Below are positions 10,122 to 19,074 of a DNA stretch of 64,000 nucleotides, piece by piece. The stretch is from Candidatus Latescibacterota bacterium (GTDB lineage: Bacteria > Latescibacterota > UBA2968 > GCA-2709665). The notes under the pieces are model-generated. The model made no database searches. It had not been told where the DNA came from and saw only the letters and a program-made list of their open reading frames with translations. Position 1 is the first letter of the stretch; each line of letters opens with the position of its first letter. The DNA is taken from positions 4,320,001-4,384,000 of the forward strand of contig OZ242358.1 in NCBI GenBank assembly GCA_965208835.1, written 5' to 3'. The position numbers were made by a program, and so were the translations under genes.

Positions 10122-10892
10122 TTACGGACCTTCGAATGTTTCAAAAGCCCTTTTCTTATATAGGTCCAAATGTCTTTCGTCCAGAAGAACGTTGTAATCC
10201 ATGACCTCAAATAGTGAGTATCTCTCGACAAGGCGTTTGAATTTGGCTCCTCTGTCACTCAAGCAATTGTAGAAGACAACCCCTTGTTCATTACTAGACA
10301 AATGACCACGAATAAGATCCGTATAGTGCTTTTTCTCTTCGAAATCCTGCAAGAAAGAGTGTTCGTCAACGAATTTAATGGTATTGTAAAGATGCCGAAA
10401 ATAATGGTCTGCGCCCCGCAGATCGTTTTCCGCAAATTCCCTCCAGATCTCGTTGATGTCCCTGTTGGATTCGCTTTCGTACTTCGTCTTCAATCGACTG
10501 ATGTACGTACCAAAGCACTGACGTCCAGTACGATGAACTGAATCAGCAGTCTGCAATGAATCAACGATAGCAATGTGTGAGCGCAAGAGCTGAAAGAATG
10601 AACTCTCGAAATTTTGTTTCTTTGAGGTTTGGTCTTGCGCCATAAGTTGTTCTCTTTGGAGACCAAGTTCATTCTTCTGAAGGATTATCGCCAAAATTAC
10701 GCCCGCAAAGGCAAAACCGGCAAATAGCGCATTTATGGCACCGAACGTATCTCCGAATTGTCCTCGTTCCTCCAAATCTGGAAAGAGACATGAAATTGCC
10801 AGCGGATAGAGGATCCACAATCCAATGACAATTGCCGAGAAGATTAACATCCAACTCCATATTCGAGGCTTTTTTGCGGTATTTGTCACCAT
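10122..10892 (-). CDS. putative phage abortive infection protein (putAbiC-like) with two N-terminal TM helices
   Basis: GQFGDTFGAINALF, FESSFFQLL, HYFRHLYNTIKFVD, YTDLIRGHLS, FYNCL and LVERYSLF motifs. Confidence 0.75.
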   Translation of the reverse strand: MVTNTAKKPRIWSWMLIFSAIVIGLWILYPLAISCLFPDLEERGQFGDTFGAINALFAGFAFAGVILAIILQKNELGLQREQLMAQDQTSKKQNFESSFFQLLRSHIAIVDSLQTADSVHRTGRQCFGTYISRLKTKYESESNRDINEIWREFAENDLRGADHYFRHLYNTIKFVDEHSFLQDFEEKKHYTDLIRGHLSSNEQGVVFYNCLSDRGAKFKRLVERYSLFEVMDYNVLLDERHLDLYKKRAFETFEGP

Positions 10893-10917
10893 TGCCTCCA
10901 GTCAATAGCCATAGAAG

Positions 10918-11583
10918 TCAATACGCGGGGACCCCAGTCCTTTCGCCGATCCATTCGATCACAGTCGCGAATGTCGGACACTGCTTCACGATGTCATGTA
11001 TGTCTGCGTTCCTAAGAATTGCATCGCTATCCCTAATCTCGCTATAGGATCGTTTAAGGTGTTTCCGGAATAATTCCTCGACGATTCTCTTCGGAGGTTT
11101 GTCCTGATTCTGTTTTTCGGGCGGTCGCCGCCATCCGCCGGGACTCTTCGACATCTTGAGTCGGGACTGAAGTTGGTCGGTCGCCGCGAGGAGCAGAACT
11201 TCCATGTCGTGTTTCAGGGCGTTTGCGTGGAATCTAGCGATATGACTTTCGACATCCCTTCGACTCATTCCAGTCTTTTCCAATTCGCCCCGTACCAGCC
11301 GGTCTTGCACATCCTGCAATTCTCCCAAATTCCGATGTCTGTAATTGTCGGAAATGCCGCGGTTCGGATAAAGGTCTGGCAGGCTAACAACAAGATCGCA
11401 CGGATCGTTTACGAGTTTTTCCATCGCTCGTGACCCGATTTTTGTAAGGAATTTGGGCTTGTTATCGAGTTGAATTAGCTGAATGCCCCTGCCGTTTTCT
11501 CGTAGTTCCCGCCTCCATCCACCCCACAACGCCTCCAATGCACCAACGTCAGACCTACCCTCCACAAATACCCAGACTTTCAT
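10918..11583 (-). CDS. DUF4276 family (TOPRIM-like) protein
   Basis: VFVEGRSD N-terminus, DLY, HDMEVLLLA, C-terminal QCPTF; ATGA overlap with the upstream ATPase. Confidence 0.75.
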   Translation of the reverse strand: MKVWVFVEGRSDVGALEALWGGWRRELRENGRGIQLIQLDNKPKFLTKIGSRAMEKLVNDPCDLVVSLPDLYPNRGISDNYRHRNLGELQDVQDRLVRGELEKTGMSRRDVESHIARFHANALKHDMEVLLLAATDQLQSRLKMSKSPGGWRRPPEKQNQDKPPKRIVEELFRKHLKRSYSEIRDSDAILRNADIHDIVKQCPTFATVIEWIGERTGVPAY

Positions 11584-12872
11584 GCACCGGCCTCCAGTTC
11601 GCCAGAGCGGTGGAGGTCGCCAAGGGTTTCGCCTGAGACATCTTGAAGCATATTCACGAGCGTCTGCCGGTTCGCTGGACGATGCCAGACGACCTTCGCA
11701 TCGTCCTCATTCCGCGCCATTACGCCAACGGTATCAATATCGAAGCAGTTGAGCAGATCCGGGCTGTGGGTGGTTACCAGCACCTGGTTGCGCGCTGCGG
11801 CGGCCTTAATCATCTCAGCCACAACCGGCAACATACCGGGATGTAGACCCAATTCCGGTTCGTCAATTGCCAAAAATAGCAGGGGCTTCGGATTCAATAG
11901 AGCAGTCGCGAGACATAGGAATCGCAGCATGCCATCCGAAAGATCCCATAGATTCATCGACCTGTACATGCCCTTCTCGCGGACGCCAACGAGCAGTTGC
12001 GGTGGTGTGCCAAACGTAGTGTCGCAATGGATTTCTTCGAAAGCGGGATACGCCGCCCGGAGAAATTCCCGGAGTTCCTCTGCTGATGACCTGTAATCAT
12101 ATCGTGTGAGGATTTCGTGGAGAACAGTACCCAGGTTGTCGCCGTTAGCCGAAAGGGTTGTAACCGGCTTGATCTCGGCGGCCTTAGTGCGAAGTGCCGA
12201 AGATCGTGTGACATCGAACCCTGGATAGAACGCCATATTCGTAAGCAAGTAGCGTACCCAAGAGGGAACGGGAAATTCGTTGAAGAAGCGGATTTGCGAC
12301 AGCAGCAAAGCGGCATCTTGTTGGACAGAATCTTGGGCGCTACCTGCCTGGTTTGGTTCCGCGCCTTCCGACTCACGCACGACTTCAGCTGCGGTTTGGG
12401 TTTCATCGAATGATATCAGACGCCGTTGCTTATTGTCGAATATGTGTCGTCGATAGGGGGTTACTTCGAGGAATTTAAGCGGATTGTTAAATCCCTGTCT
12501 AGGATCTTGTGTTCGGAGTACTTCGTAATGCGGGCGAATCTGACCATGACCATCGACCTTAAGAACAACCTCGTATACCAGTGGTTCGCCCCATTCTAAA
12601 GGAAGAGTAACCGATGTGGATGGATTGAGAAAAGTCATTTTCCACGTAAGTTCATTTTCCGCCTTACCTGAAGTCAGAATGGAAGCCGCCCCGTAGTGCC
12701 ATCCGAAAGCAGTATTGAGAGGCACTTCACTGCATTCGCCTATCAGTTGCAGGCAATCAATAAGCGTGCTCTTGCCGACCCCGTTTGCACCAATGACCAC
12801 CGTGAGCGGCGTGAAGTCCGCCTTGAATTCGTCTAGAAGCCGGTAGCCCCCGATCTCGATTTCAGTAATCAT
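11580..12872 (-). CDS. AAA_21/AAA_15-type ABC-like ATPase
   Basis: Walker A GANGVGKS, signature LSDG, Walker B IDEPELGLHP, H-loop VTTHSP. Confidence 0.85.
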   Translation of the reverse strand: MITEIEIGGYRLLDEFKADFTPLTVVIGANGVGKSTLIDCLQLIGECSEVPLNTAFGWHYGAASILTSGKAENELTWKMTFLNPSTSVTLPLEWGEPLVYEVVLKVDGHGQIRPHYEVLRTQDPRQGFNNPLKFLEVTPYRRHIFDNKQRRLISFDETQTAAEVVRESEGAEPNQAGSAQDSVQQDAALLLSQIRFFNEFPVPSWVRYLLTNMAFYPGFDVTRSSALRTKAAEIKPVTTLSANGDNLGTVLHEILTRYDYRSSAEELREFLRAAYPAFEEIHCDTTFGTPPQLLVGVREKGMYRSMNLWDLSDGMLRFLCLATALLNPKPLLFLAIDEPELGLHPGMLPVVAEMIKAAAARNQVLVTTHSPDLLNCFDIDTVGVMARNEDDAKVVWHRPANRQTLVNMLQDVSGETLGDLHRSGELEAGA

Positions 12873-12971
12873 AGGAATAGACCTTTCATCTCAATTCCCG
12901 AAAATCTCTCCGTACTCGGCTCTGTCAGTCGAGTACATGACCCTAGAATTCGGGAACCACGCCCCGGCCGC

Positions 12972-12999
12972 AATATAGAGTCGAATACGACAGATTCAA
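12972..12999 (-). promoter_or_regulatory. candidate promoter for the ATPase operon
   Basis: TTGAAT-N16-TATATT with a GTCG-TATT-CGAC palindrome in the spacer. Confidence 0.45.
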
Positions 13000-13011
13000 G
13001 GACAACTGACT

Positions 13012-13048
13012 ACAATAAACGCCCCTCAGTCTCCCTGTCAAGGGGCAT
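13012..13048 (-). promoter_or_regulatory. sigma70-type promoter with palindromic arms (copy 2)
   Basis: TTGACA-N18-TATTGT; near-identical to 9851-9885. Confidence 0.6.
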
Positions 13049-13143
13049 GGTACTGGCGATAATCGTGCCGGCACTGCCTAATTTTCCTCAATTTACCGAA
13101 CCGGATCAACTTACGGATGGTGCGGGCGAATCGGACGCAATGT

Positions 13144-13770
13144 CTACTTCAATCTGACTTTGGGATCGTCCTCATACGCCGAGTCAATCTGGACCAGGCG
13201 CTCCAGAATCCTGCAGAACAACTCGAAGAGATCCTTCAATGCCTCGGCTTCCCTGATCACACCTGCACATTCAAAATACAACTCATCGACGCCATCGGGA
13301 AAATCGGCGCCAAAGATGCCTTCGTCGTCTTTAATCCGGAGATGTACCTTCGGCTGTTTCTGAAACAACTCCCGTATCCTCTCATCGGCCAGCAGAAGCT
13401 TGATCTTTTCCGGACTGTTGCCCTTGATCAGGAACCGGTCGTCAAAAAACCGATCGCCGATAACGATGTCCCGCATACCGAAGAGTCTACCGATCGAACT
13501 CAGGAATCCTTCGAGTGAAACATCGAAGTAGAGACCATCCTTGTTGACGAACGGCGCCCGCATCCGGGTGTACTGCACTGTCATCATCATCGTTCCCGAA
13601 TAGGTTGTCTCCGTACGGGTATCGAGGATGATCCGCCACTCACCGTGTTTGTACGTAACGGCGTTCTCTCCCCAGAAACCCCCGTCGATGAATTCACCCG
13701 CAATATCTGACGCAATCTGCCTCCAGATTTCATCCTTTGACGGGCCGAAGATCGACCTGCGTATGCTCAT
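13144..13770 (-). CDS. conserved hypothetical protein (DUF3137-like)
   Basis: FGPSKDEIWRQ, YTRMRAPFVN, GMRDI.IGD..FD..F.IKGN, DDEG.FG..FP.GVDELYF motifs; GGAGG RBS. Confidence 0.6.
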   Translation of the reverse strand: MSIRRSIFGPSKDEIWRQIASDIAGEFIDGGFWGENAVTYKHGEWRIILDTRTETTYSGTMMMTVQYTRMRAPFVNKDGLYFDVSLEGFLSSIGRLFGMRDIVIGDRFFDDRFLIKGNSPEKIKLLLADERIRELFQKQPKVHLRIKDDEGIFGADFPDGVDELYFECAGVIREAEALKDLFELFCRILERLVQIDSAYEDDPKVRLK

Positions 13771-13821
13771 TCTTCCTCCATAGCGGAGATCTTTCAGAAT
13801 GTGGACGTCTGCCGGCGTGCC

Positions 13822-14562
13822 CTACTCCACCGCGAAGACCCGGTTGCGCGCGGGGAGGCTGACGATCTTCGAGTAGTGGTGGATTTTCAGATCGGGATTT
13901 GCGGGATCGACGGCGGTGGGCGCTTCGATCACGAAGTCGGCAAAGTGCGGTGTATTGAACGCCACGAAGGCGAGCGACAGGCAGTCGACAAGCCGTTCAG
14001 GCCGTCTCGAGAGATCCGGAAAGGCGATCGGACCGGTATCGACCTGGTAGCGATCGTCCTCGCGGCGGGTGTTCATCGTCTTCACCGGACACTCGATGAG
14101 GGTGCTGAGTCTGGTATCGTCGTTTCGAACTTCGGTCTGCGAGACCAGCGGCGCGAAGCGGTAGGTTTCCTCGCGGATGGACGCGTTCGAGGGCAATTCA
14201 CGAACGCTCGCGCCTTCCACGAGGTGGAGATCATAACCGCCGAACATCGCTGAGTACGGCCGTGTTTCTCGGTAGTGGTCGTTCAAGCTAACCGGACGCC
14301 GGAAGATGAGACCGTACTTCGCGCTGAAAATCGGCAGGAAGTCGTAGTTGTCCTGCTTGAACAGGTCCTTCCGGTGAAAGGTATTCTCGCTCTTGCAGGA
14401 AGCGGTCTGATAGAACTCCTCGCTGGTCCCCGCGCTTTCGTCCAGGACCCGGGTTCGCGACTCGATCCAGAAGCGCACCTCATTGGCCGAACCTTTCCCG
14501 ATGAGGAATGAACGGCCGTAGTCCAGCGGGATCATATCGATTCCGACAGTCGGAGTCCCCAT
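13822..14562 (-). CDS. conserved hypothetical protein (anchor gene of the variable region)
   Basis: 246-aa ORF with GC-rich core-type codon usage; no family recognised. Confidence 0.7.
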   Translation of the reverse strand: MGTPTVGIDMIPLDYGRSFLIGKGSANEVRFWIESRTRVLDESAGTSEEFYQTASCKSENTFHRKDLFKQDNYDFLPIFSAKYGLIFRRPVSLNDHYRETRPYSAMFGGYDLHLVEGASVRELPSNASIREETYRFAPLVSQTEVRNDDTRLSTLIECPVKTMNTRREDDRYQVDTGPIAFPDLSRRPERLVDCLSLAFVAFNTPHFADFVIEAPTAVDPANPDLKIHHYSKIVSLPARNRVFAVE

Positions 14563-14563
14563 G

Positions 14564-15673
14564 TTATCGCCCCGTTACCGATGCCTCCCGTAGACGCCCT
14601 GGGAGCAGGTATCGATACTGCTTGAAGTCGTTGTCAATCTTTGAGCGGCAGCCTGATCGCCTCTCCTGTCCGGAGGAGCGGTAAGCCGCCAGGGCGATCT
14701 CGACCGCTGCCCTGCCGTCTTCCCCGCTGACCGGTGGACGTGTATCATTTACGATGCAGGCGATGAAATCCCTCACCTCGTCGGCAAACGCCTTCTGCCG
14801 CGGGTCCTCAACCGCCGCGTGGTCGTACACGGTCTCCCACTGCGACGCGCCATCGCGGACAACCTTGACCTTGTTGTACGGATCGACCTCCATCAAGCCT
14901 TTTTCTCCGACGAGTTCGGCGGCGCAACTGAAACCCTTCCAGCCAGGTGGTGGAAGCGCTTCGGAGTAGATGAGGTGGGCGCTGCCGCCATTCCGAAAGC
15001 CAATCATCAACATGTTGGAAGTGACGTCTCCGGGAACCTCGGTTCGCAGGGAATAGGACCGCGCGAAGACATATTCCGCCTCGCTTTCGAACCACCAGCG
15101 CAGCCTGTCGATGTTGTGTACGCCCCAACCGATGAGACCGCCCGGCCCATAGAGATCCAGGTCCGTGAACCATGCCCGGCGTGGATCGGGCTTGCGGTAG
15201 CCGGGCGTGGCGAGCGTATCCCTGCACATGAGCAGCCGGCCGATCGCGCCGTCGTCCAGCAGACGCTTGGATATGGCGCCGCCCTCCCAGTACCGGTGGC
15301 TCTGCGCGACCATGAGTTTGCAGCCCGCGCGTTCCGCGGTCCGGATGATGGCGTCACACTTTTCCAGCGTGACTTCCAGTGGTTTTTCCACGAGGACATG
15401 TTTGCCCGCTTCGAGGGCTGCAATGGCGTGATCGGCGTGAAGGGCGTGGGGCGTCGTTACGATAACCGCGTGAATATCGTCTCTCGAAACAAGAGATTCC
15501 AGACTTTCCTCATAATCCAGACCGTACTCGCCGGCGAGGCCGGGGCCGACCTCGGGCAGATCGGCGGGGTCGTTCACCGCAACGGCTTCTCCCAGAGTCA
15601 CGTCCTTGAGGGCGTCGATGTGCGTTCGCCCCATCTTGCCCGCGCCGACGATGCCAACCCGCACCCGTTCCAT
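14564..15673 (-). CDS. Gfo/Idh/MocA family oxidoreductase
   Basis: GIVGAGKMG Rossmann motif, AGKHVLVEKP, GVHNID. Probable true stop is 14634 (...SSRTGEAIRLPLKD*) after a 1-nt indel near 14672. Confidence 0.9.
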   Translation of the reverse strand: MERVRVGIVGAGKMGRTHIDALKDVTLGEAVAVNDPADLPEVGPGLAGEYGLDYEESLESLVSRDDIHAVIVTTPHALHADHAIAALEAGKHVLVEKPLEVTLEKCDAIIRTAERAGCKLMVAQSHRYWEGGAISKRLLDDGAIGRLLMCRDTLATPGYRKPDPRRAWFTDLDLYGPGGLIGWGVHNIDRLRWWFESEAEYVFARSYSLRTEVPGDVTSNMLMIGFRNGGSAHLIYSEALPPPGWKGFSCAAELVGEKGLMEVDPYNKVKVVRDGASQWETVYDHAAVEDPRQKAFADEVRDFIACIVNDTRPPVSGEDGRAAVEIALAAYRSSGQERRSGCRSKIDNDFKQYRYLLPGRLREASVTGR

Positions 15674-15720
15674 GGGAACCTCTAGAGTGATAGATGATGC
15701 AGACAGGTGGATTTATTTCA

Positions 15721-16617
15721 TCACATCAGGCGTTTGCGCCTGGCCAGATAGTTGAACAGTACCGTATCGAAAGGCATCGCGGTGTCCAGCATGACGTAGT
15801 CGATGAGACTTTCGCGGCACTCGCGGCCGAATCGCCCGGCAAGGGCGTCCATCCGGTCACTGTAATCGGAGGCGATGTGCCAGGGTTCGGTGGTGACGGC
15901 GGAGCCGGTTTCGAGATCCACGAATCGGGTCTCTCGACCGAAATCGAGGTCACGTTCCCTCGGGTCCAGGATGTGGAAGACGATGACTTCGTGCTTTCGA
16001 TGGCGGAAGTGTTTCAGGCCGGAAATCAGCGAACGGGGATCGTCCATCAGATCGGACAGAACCACGATGAGGCCCCGCCGAACGATACGTTCGGCAAGGC
16101 TGTGGAAGGTTGCTGCCAGGTCGGTGTCTTCACCCTCGGGGTTGGTATTCTGCAGCGTTTCGAGCAGGGCGTGAAGATGGGTTCCCGCTGATCTGGGCGG
16201 CAGGTAGGATCGAATGCCCCGATCGAAGGATACCAGGCCGACGGCGTCGCGCTGGCGCAGCATCAGGTACGACAGGGCGGCAGCGGTATACGTGGCGTAC
16301 TGGAACTTGGTGACGGAATTCGAGCCATAGGCCATCGACGCGCTGGCGTCCAGCAGGATGTAGGCCTTGAGATTGGTTTCTTCTTCGTATTGCTTTACGT
16401 AGAGCCTGTCGGTCTTGCCGTAGACCTTCCAGTCGACGTTGCGCGGCGGATCACCGGGTATGTACTGACGATATTCGGAAAACTCGACCGAGAATCCGTG
16501 GTACGGACTCTGGTGCAGCCCCGTAATGAAACCCTCGACCACGAGGCGGGCTACCAGGTCGAGGCCGGACAGGCGGGCGACGACTTCGGGCTGGAGATAG
16601 GTGCGAAAATCGGGCAT
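15721..16617 (-). CDS. DUF58 domain protein (MoxR-associated, VWA-like)
   Basis: GLHQSPYHGFSVEFSEYRQYIPGD, VDWKVYGKTD, LLDASASM. Confidence 0.9.
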   Translation of the reverse strand: MPDFRTYLQPEVVARLSGLDLVARLVVEGFITGLHQSPYHGFSVEFSEYRQYIPGDPPRNVDWKVYGKTDRLYVKQYEEETNLKAYILLDASASMAYGSNSVTKFQYATYTAAALSYLMLRQRDAVGLVSFDRGIRSYLPPRSAGTHLHALLETLQNTNPEGEDTDLAATFHSLAERIVRRGLIVVLSDLMDDPRSLISGLKHFRHRKHEVIVFHILDPRERDLDFGRETRFVDLETGSAVTTEPWHIASDYSDRMDALAGRFGRECRESLIDYVMLDTAMPFDTVLFNYLARRKRLM

Positions 16618-16637
16618 CGGCGTTGGGAATTGAGAGT

Positions 16638-17633
16638 TCAGGCGGTGTCTTCCAAAAGACGTTGCACGAGTTCAAGCGGCGTGACCCCCTCCGCCTCGGC
16701 ATTGAAGCTGGTGACGATACGATGGCGAAGCACCGGAACGCCGACAAACTTGACGTCTTCAACCGCGGCGGCGTACCGTCCCTCGAGGATTGCACGGGCC
16801 TTGGCGCCCAGAACGAGGAACTGAGAAGCGCGGGGGCCCGCGCCCCAGTTGACCATGCGTGATACGAAATCCGGCGCTCCGTCGGCTCCGGGCCGGGTCC
16901 TGCGGGTGAGGCCCACGGCATAGTCGATCACATAGTCGGCCACCGGAACCTTTCGGATTAGCTGCTGCAGTTCGACGATTTCCCGCGCGTCGAATACCGG
17001 CTCTATTTCCGCCGCGTAGGCGCTGGTTGTGGTGCGAACGATCTGTTTCTCCTCTTCTTCAGTGGGATAGTCGATCCACAGGTTGAAAATGAACCGGTCG
17101 AGCTGTGCTTCAGGCAGCGGATACGTGCCTTCCTGTTCGATCGGGTTCTGCGTTGCAAGCACAAAAAAGGGTTCTTCCAGGCGAAACGTATCGCCGCCGG
17201 CGGTAACTTCGTGCTCCTGCATGGCCTGCAGCAGGGCAGCCTGGGTTTTTGGCGGCGTACGGTTGACCTCGTCCGCCAGAATGATGTTCGCAAAGAGCGG
17301 ACCCTTTACGAAGCGGAAGGACTTCTGGCCCGTACGCTGGTCTTCTTCCAGCACTTCCGTGCCGGTGATATCCGACGGCATCAGGTCCGGCGTGAACTGG
17401 ATGCGGCTGAAGCTGAGGTTGAGCGCTCTGGCGAGCGTGCTGATGAGAAGCGTTTTCGCGAGTCCGGGAACCCCGACGAGCAGGCAGTGTCCGCCGCACA
17501 GGAGTGCGATGAGCAACTGGTCCACGATCTTGTTCTGACCCACGATAATCTTGCCGATTTCGTCCCTGATACGGGTGTGGGCGGTTTTCAGTCTCTCGAC
17601 GGCTTCGAGGTCGTCTGGGGGTTGTTCGGGCAT
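16638..17633 (-). CDS. moxR: MoxR family AAA+ ATPase
   Basis: GVPGLAKT, RIQFTPDLMPSD, LADEVNRTPPKTQ, ATQNPIEQEGTYPLPEAQLDRF. Confidence 0.95.
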   Translation of the reverse strand: MPEQPPDDLEAVERLKTAHTRIRDEIGKIIVGQNKIVDQLLIALLCGGHCLLVGVPGLAKTLLISTLARALNLSFSRIQFTPDLMPSDITGTEVLEEDQRTGQKSFRFVKGPLFANIILADEVNRTPPKTQAALLQAMQEHEVTAGGDTFRLEEPFFVLATQNPIEQEGTYPLPEAQLDRFIFNLWIDYPTEEEEKQIVRTTTSAYAAEIEPVFDAREIVELQQLIRKVPVADYVIDYAVGLTRRTRPGADGAPDFVSRMVNWGAGPRASQFLVLGAKARAILEGRYAAAVEDVKFVGVPVLRHRIVTSFNAEAEGVTPLELVQRLLEDTA

Positions 17634-17715
17634 GGTCGGACTATCCTTCGCTGGGTGGTCGTAACCGCTTCCGTCGATTCTCCCGGATGCCGGACGTCGG
17701 CCGGGGGGATCGCGA

Positions 17716-19074
17716 TCAGGTCTTGCGTTTCTGTTTTTTGGCTGCCGGGAACAGGATGTTGTTCAGGATGAGACGATATCCGGGCGAGTTTCTGCGCAGC
17801 GCGAGTTGCGTGGGCGGGTCTCCCACGAAGTGGCGATAGTCTTCCGGGTCGTGTCCGGCATAAAAGGTAAACGTGCCCCGGCCGACGTTTCCGTGGATGT
17901 ATTTGACCTGCTCCGTACCGCTGACTTCTCCCATGATGGTGACGGACTTTTTGATTCGACTCTTACGAAACGCCGTGGTCTGACCCAGAAATCCCCGTAC
18001 GACGGGCACGTGGTTCTGGGTGAGCATGGCGGGCACCGGATCGAATTTGGCCGAGAACTCAAACAGCGTGAATGCATCTGCGTCGGGGCCGCGGAACCGC
18101 GCCCCGGTGGCGGGCGAGACGTCGATGTCGGCGTGTTCATATTCCATGGGATCCGTGACCAGAGAAAAGTTTTCGAAGGCGATCGTCCTTGAAAAATCCA
18201 ACCTGGCCTGCGCGTCGGGATGGGGCGGGTCCCCGTCGTACACGGTATCCACGATGTCCACGCCTGCCGCGGCCAGGGCAATGTCGAAGGTGTCCGTGGC
18301 GGAACACATGGCAAATACGAATCCGCCTTCGGAGATGTATTCCAGGATTGCCCGGGCAACGGCGCCTTTTTCCACGGAGACCTTTCTGAAACCGAGGCGC
18401 CTGGCGAGGCTTTCAAACTCGGTCTGCTGACGTCGATACCAGAGTTCATGGCCGTGGCTTCGGTAGAATTTCCCGTACTGACCGGTGAAATCCTCGTGGT
18501 GCAGGTGCAGCCAGTCGTACTCGGAGAGCTTCCCTGCCAAGACCTCCTCGTCCCAGAGAATGTCGTACGGGATTTCGGCGTAGGCCAGGGCCAGTGTGAC
18601 CGCGTCGTCCCAGGGTTGTTTGCTGGGCGGTGAATAGACGGCAATTTTTGGCGCCTTCTCCAGCCGAACGGTATTCATGTTTCCCTGTTCGATCTCCGAA
18701 TAGATTCGAACGGCATCGGCTCCGGCGATGCGCTCGAAATCGACGTCGCGCAGACGCGCCTCCCCGGCCGCCGATTCCAGGTAATCCATCATAAAGGAGC
18801 CGCCGCGGTAGTTGAGCAGCCACTCCACGTCTATGCTTTGCTGCAGCGCCCAGAAAGCCAGCCCGTAAGCCTTGAGATGATTCGCCTGCCCAGGATCCAT
18901 GGGGATGAGCAGTTTGTCGGCGGCCGCATTCGAAGAGGCCCCGAACAGGCACAGACTCACCACCATGGCCCTGAGAAGATGGCCGGGGGTCGCGCGCGGA
19001 GCGCGATCGAGACTCACCGCGCCGCGCAGACGAGCGACGGATATCCTGGAGAATCTGCGATCGTGGACGGTCAC
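17716..19074 (-). CDS. conserved FCB-group exported protein with a glutamine-amidotransferase-like fold (often labelled 'asparagine synthetase B')
   Basis: LIPMD..QANHLKAYG, WLLNYRGGSF, YDWLHLHHEDFTGQYGKF, AMCSATD, GHDPEDY; start uncertain. Confidence 0.75.
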   Translation of the reverse strand: MTVHDRRFSRISVARLRGAVSLDRAPRATPGHLLRAMVVSLCLFGASSNAAADKLLIPMDPGQANHLKAYGLAFWALQQSIDVEWLLNYRGGSFMMDYLESAAGEARLRDVDFERIAGADAVRIYSEIEQGNMNTVRLEKAPKIAVYSPPSKQPWDDAVTLALAYAEIPYDILWDEEVLAGKLSEYDWLHLHHEDFTGQYGKFYRSHGHELWYRRQQTEFESLARRLGFRKVSVEKGAVARAILEYISEGGFVFAMCSATDTFDIALAAAGVDIVDTVYDGDPPHPDAQARLDFSRTIAFENFSLVTDPMEYEHADIDVSPATGARFRGPDADAFTLFEFSAKFDPVPAMLTQNHVPVVRGFLGQTTAFRKSRIKKSVTIMGEVSGTEQVKYIHGNVGRGTFTFYAGHDPEDYRHFVGDPPTQLALRRNSPGYRLILNNILFPAAKKQKRKT

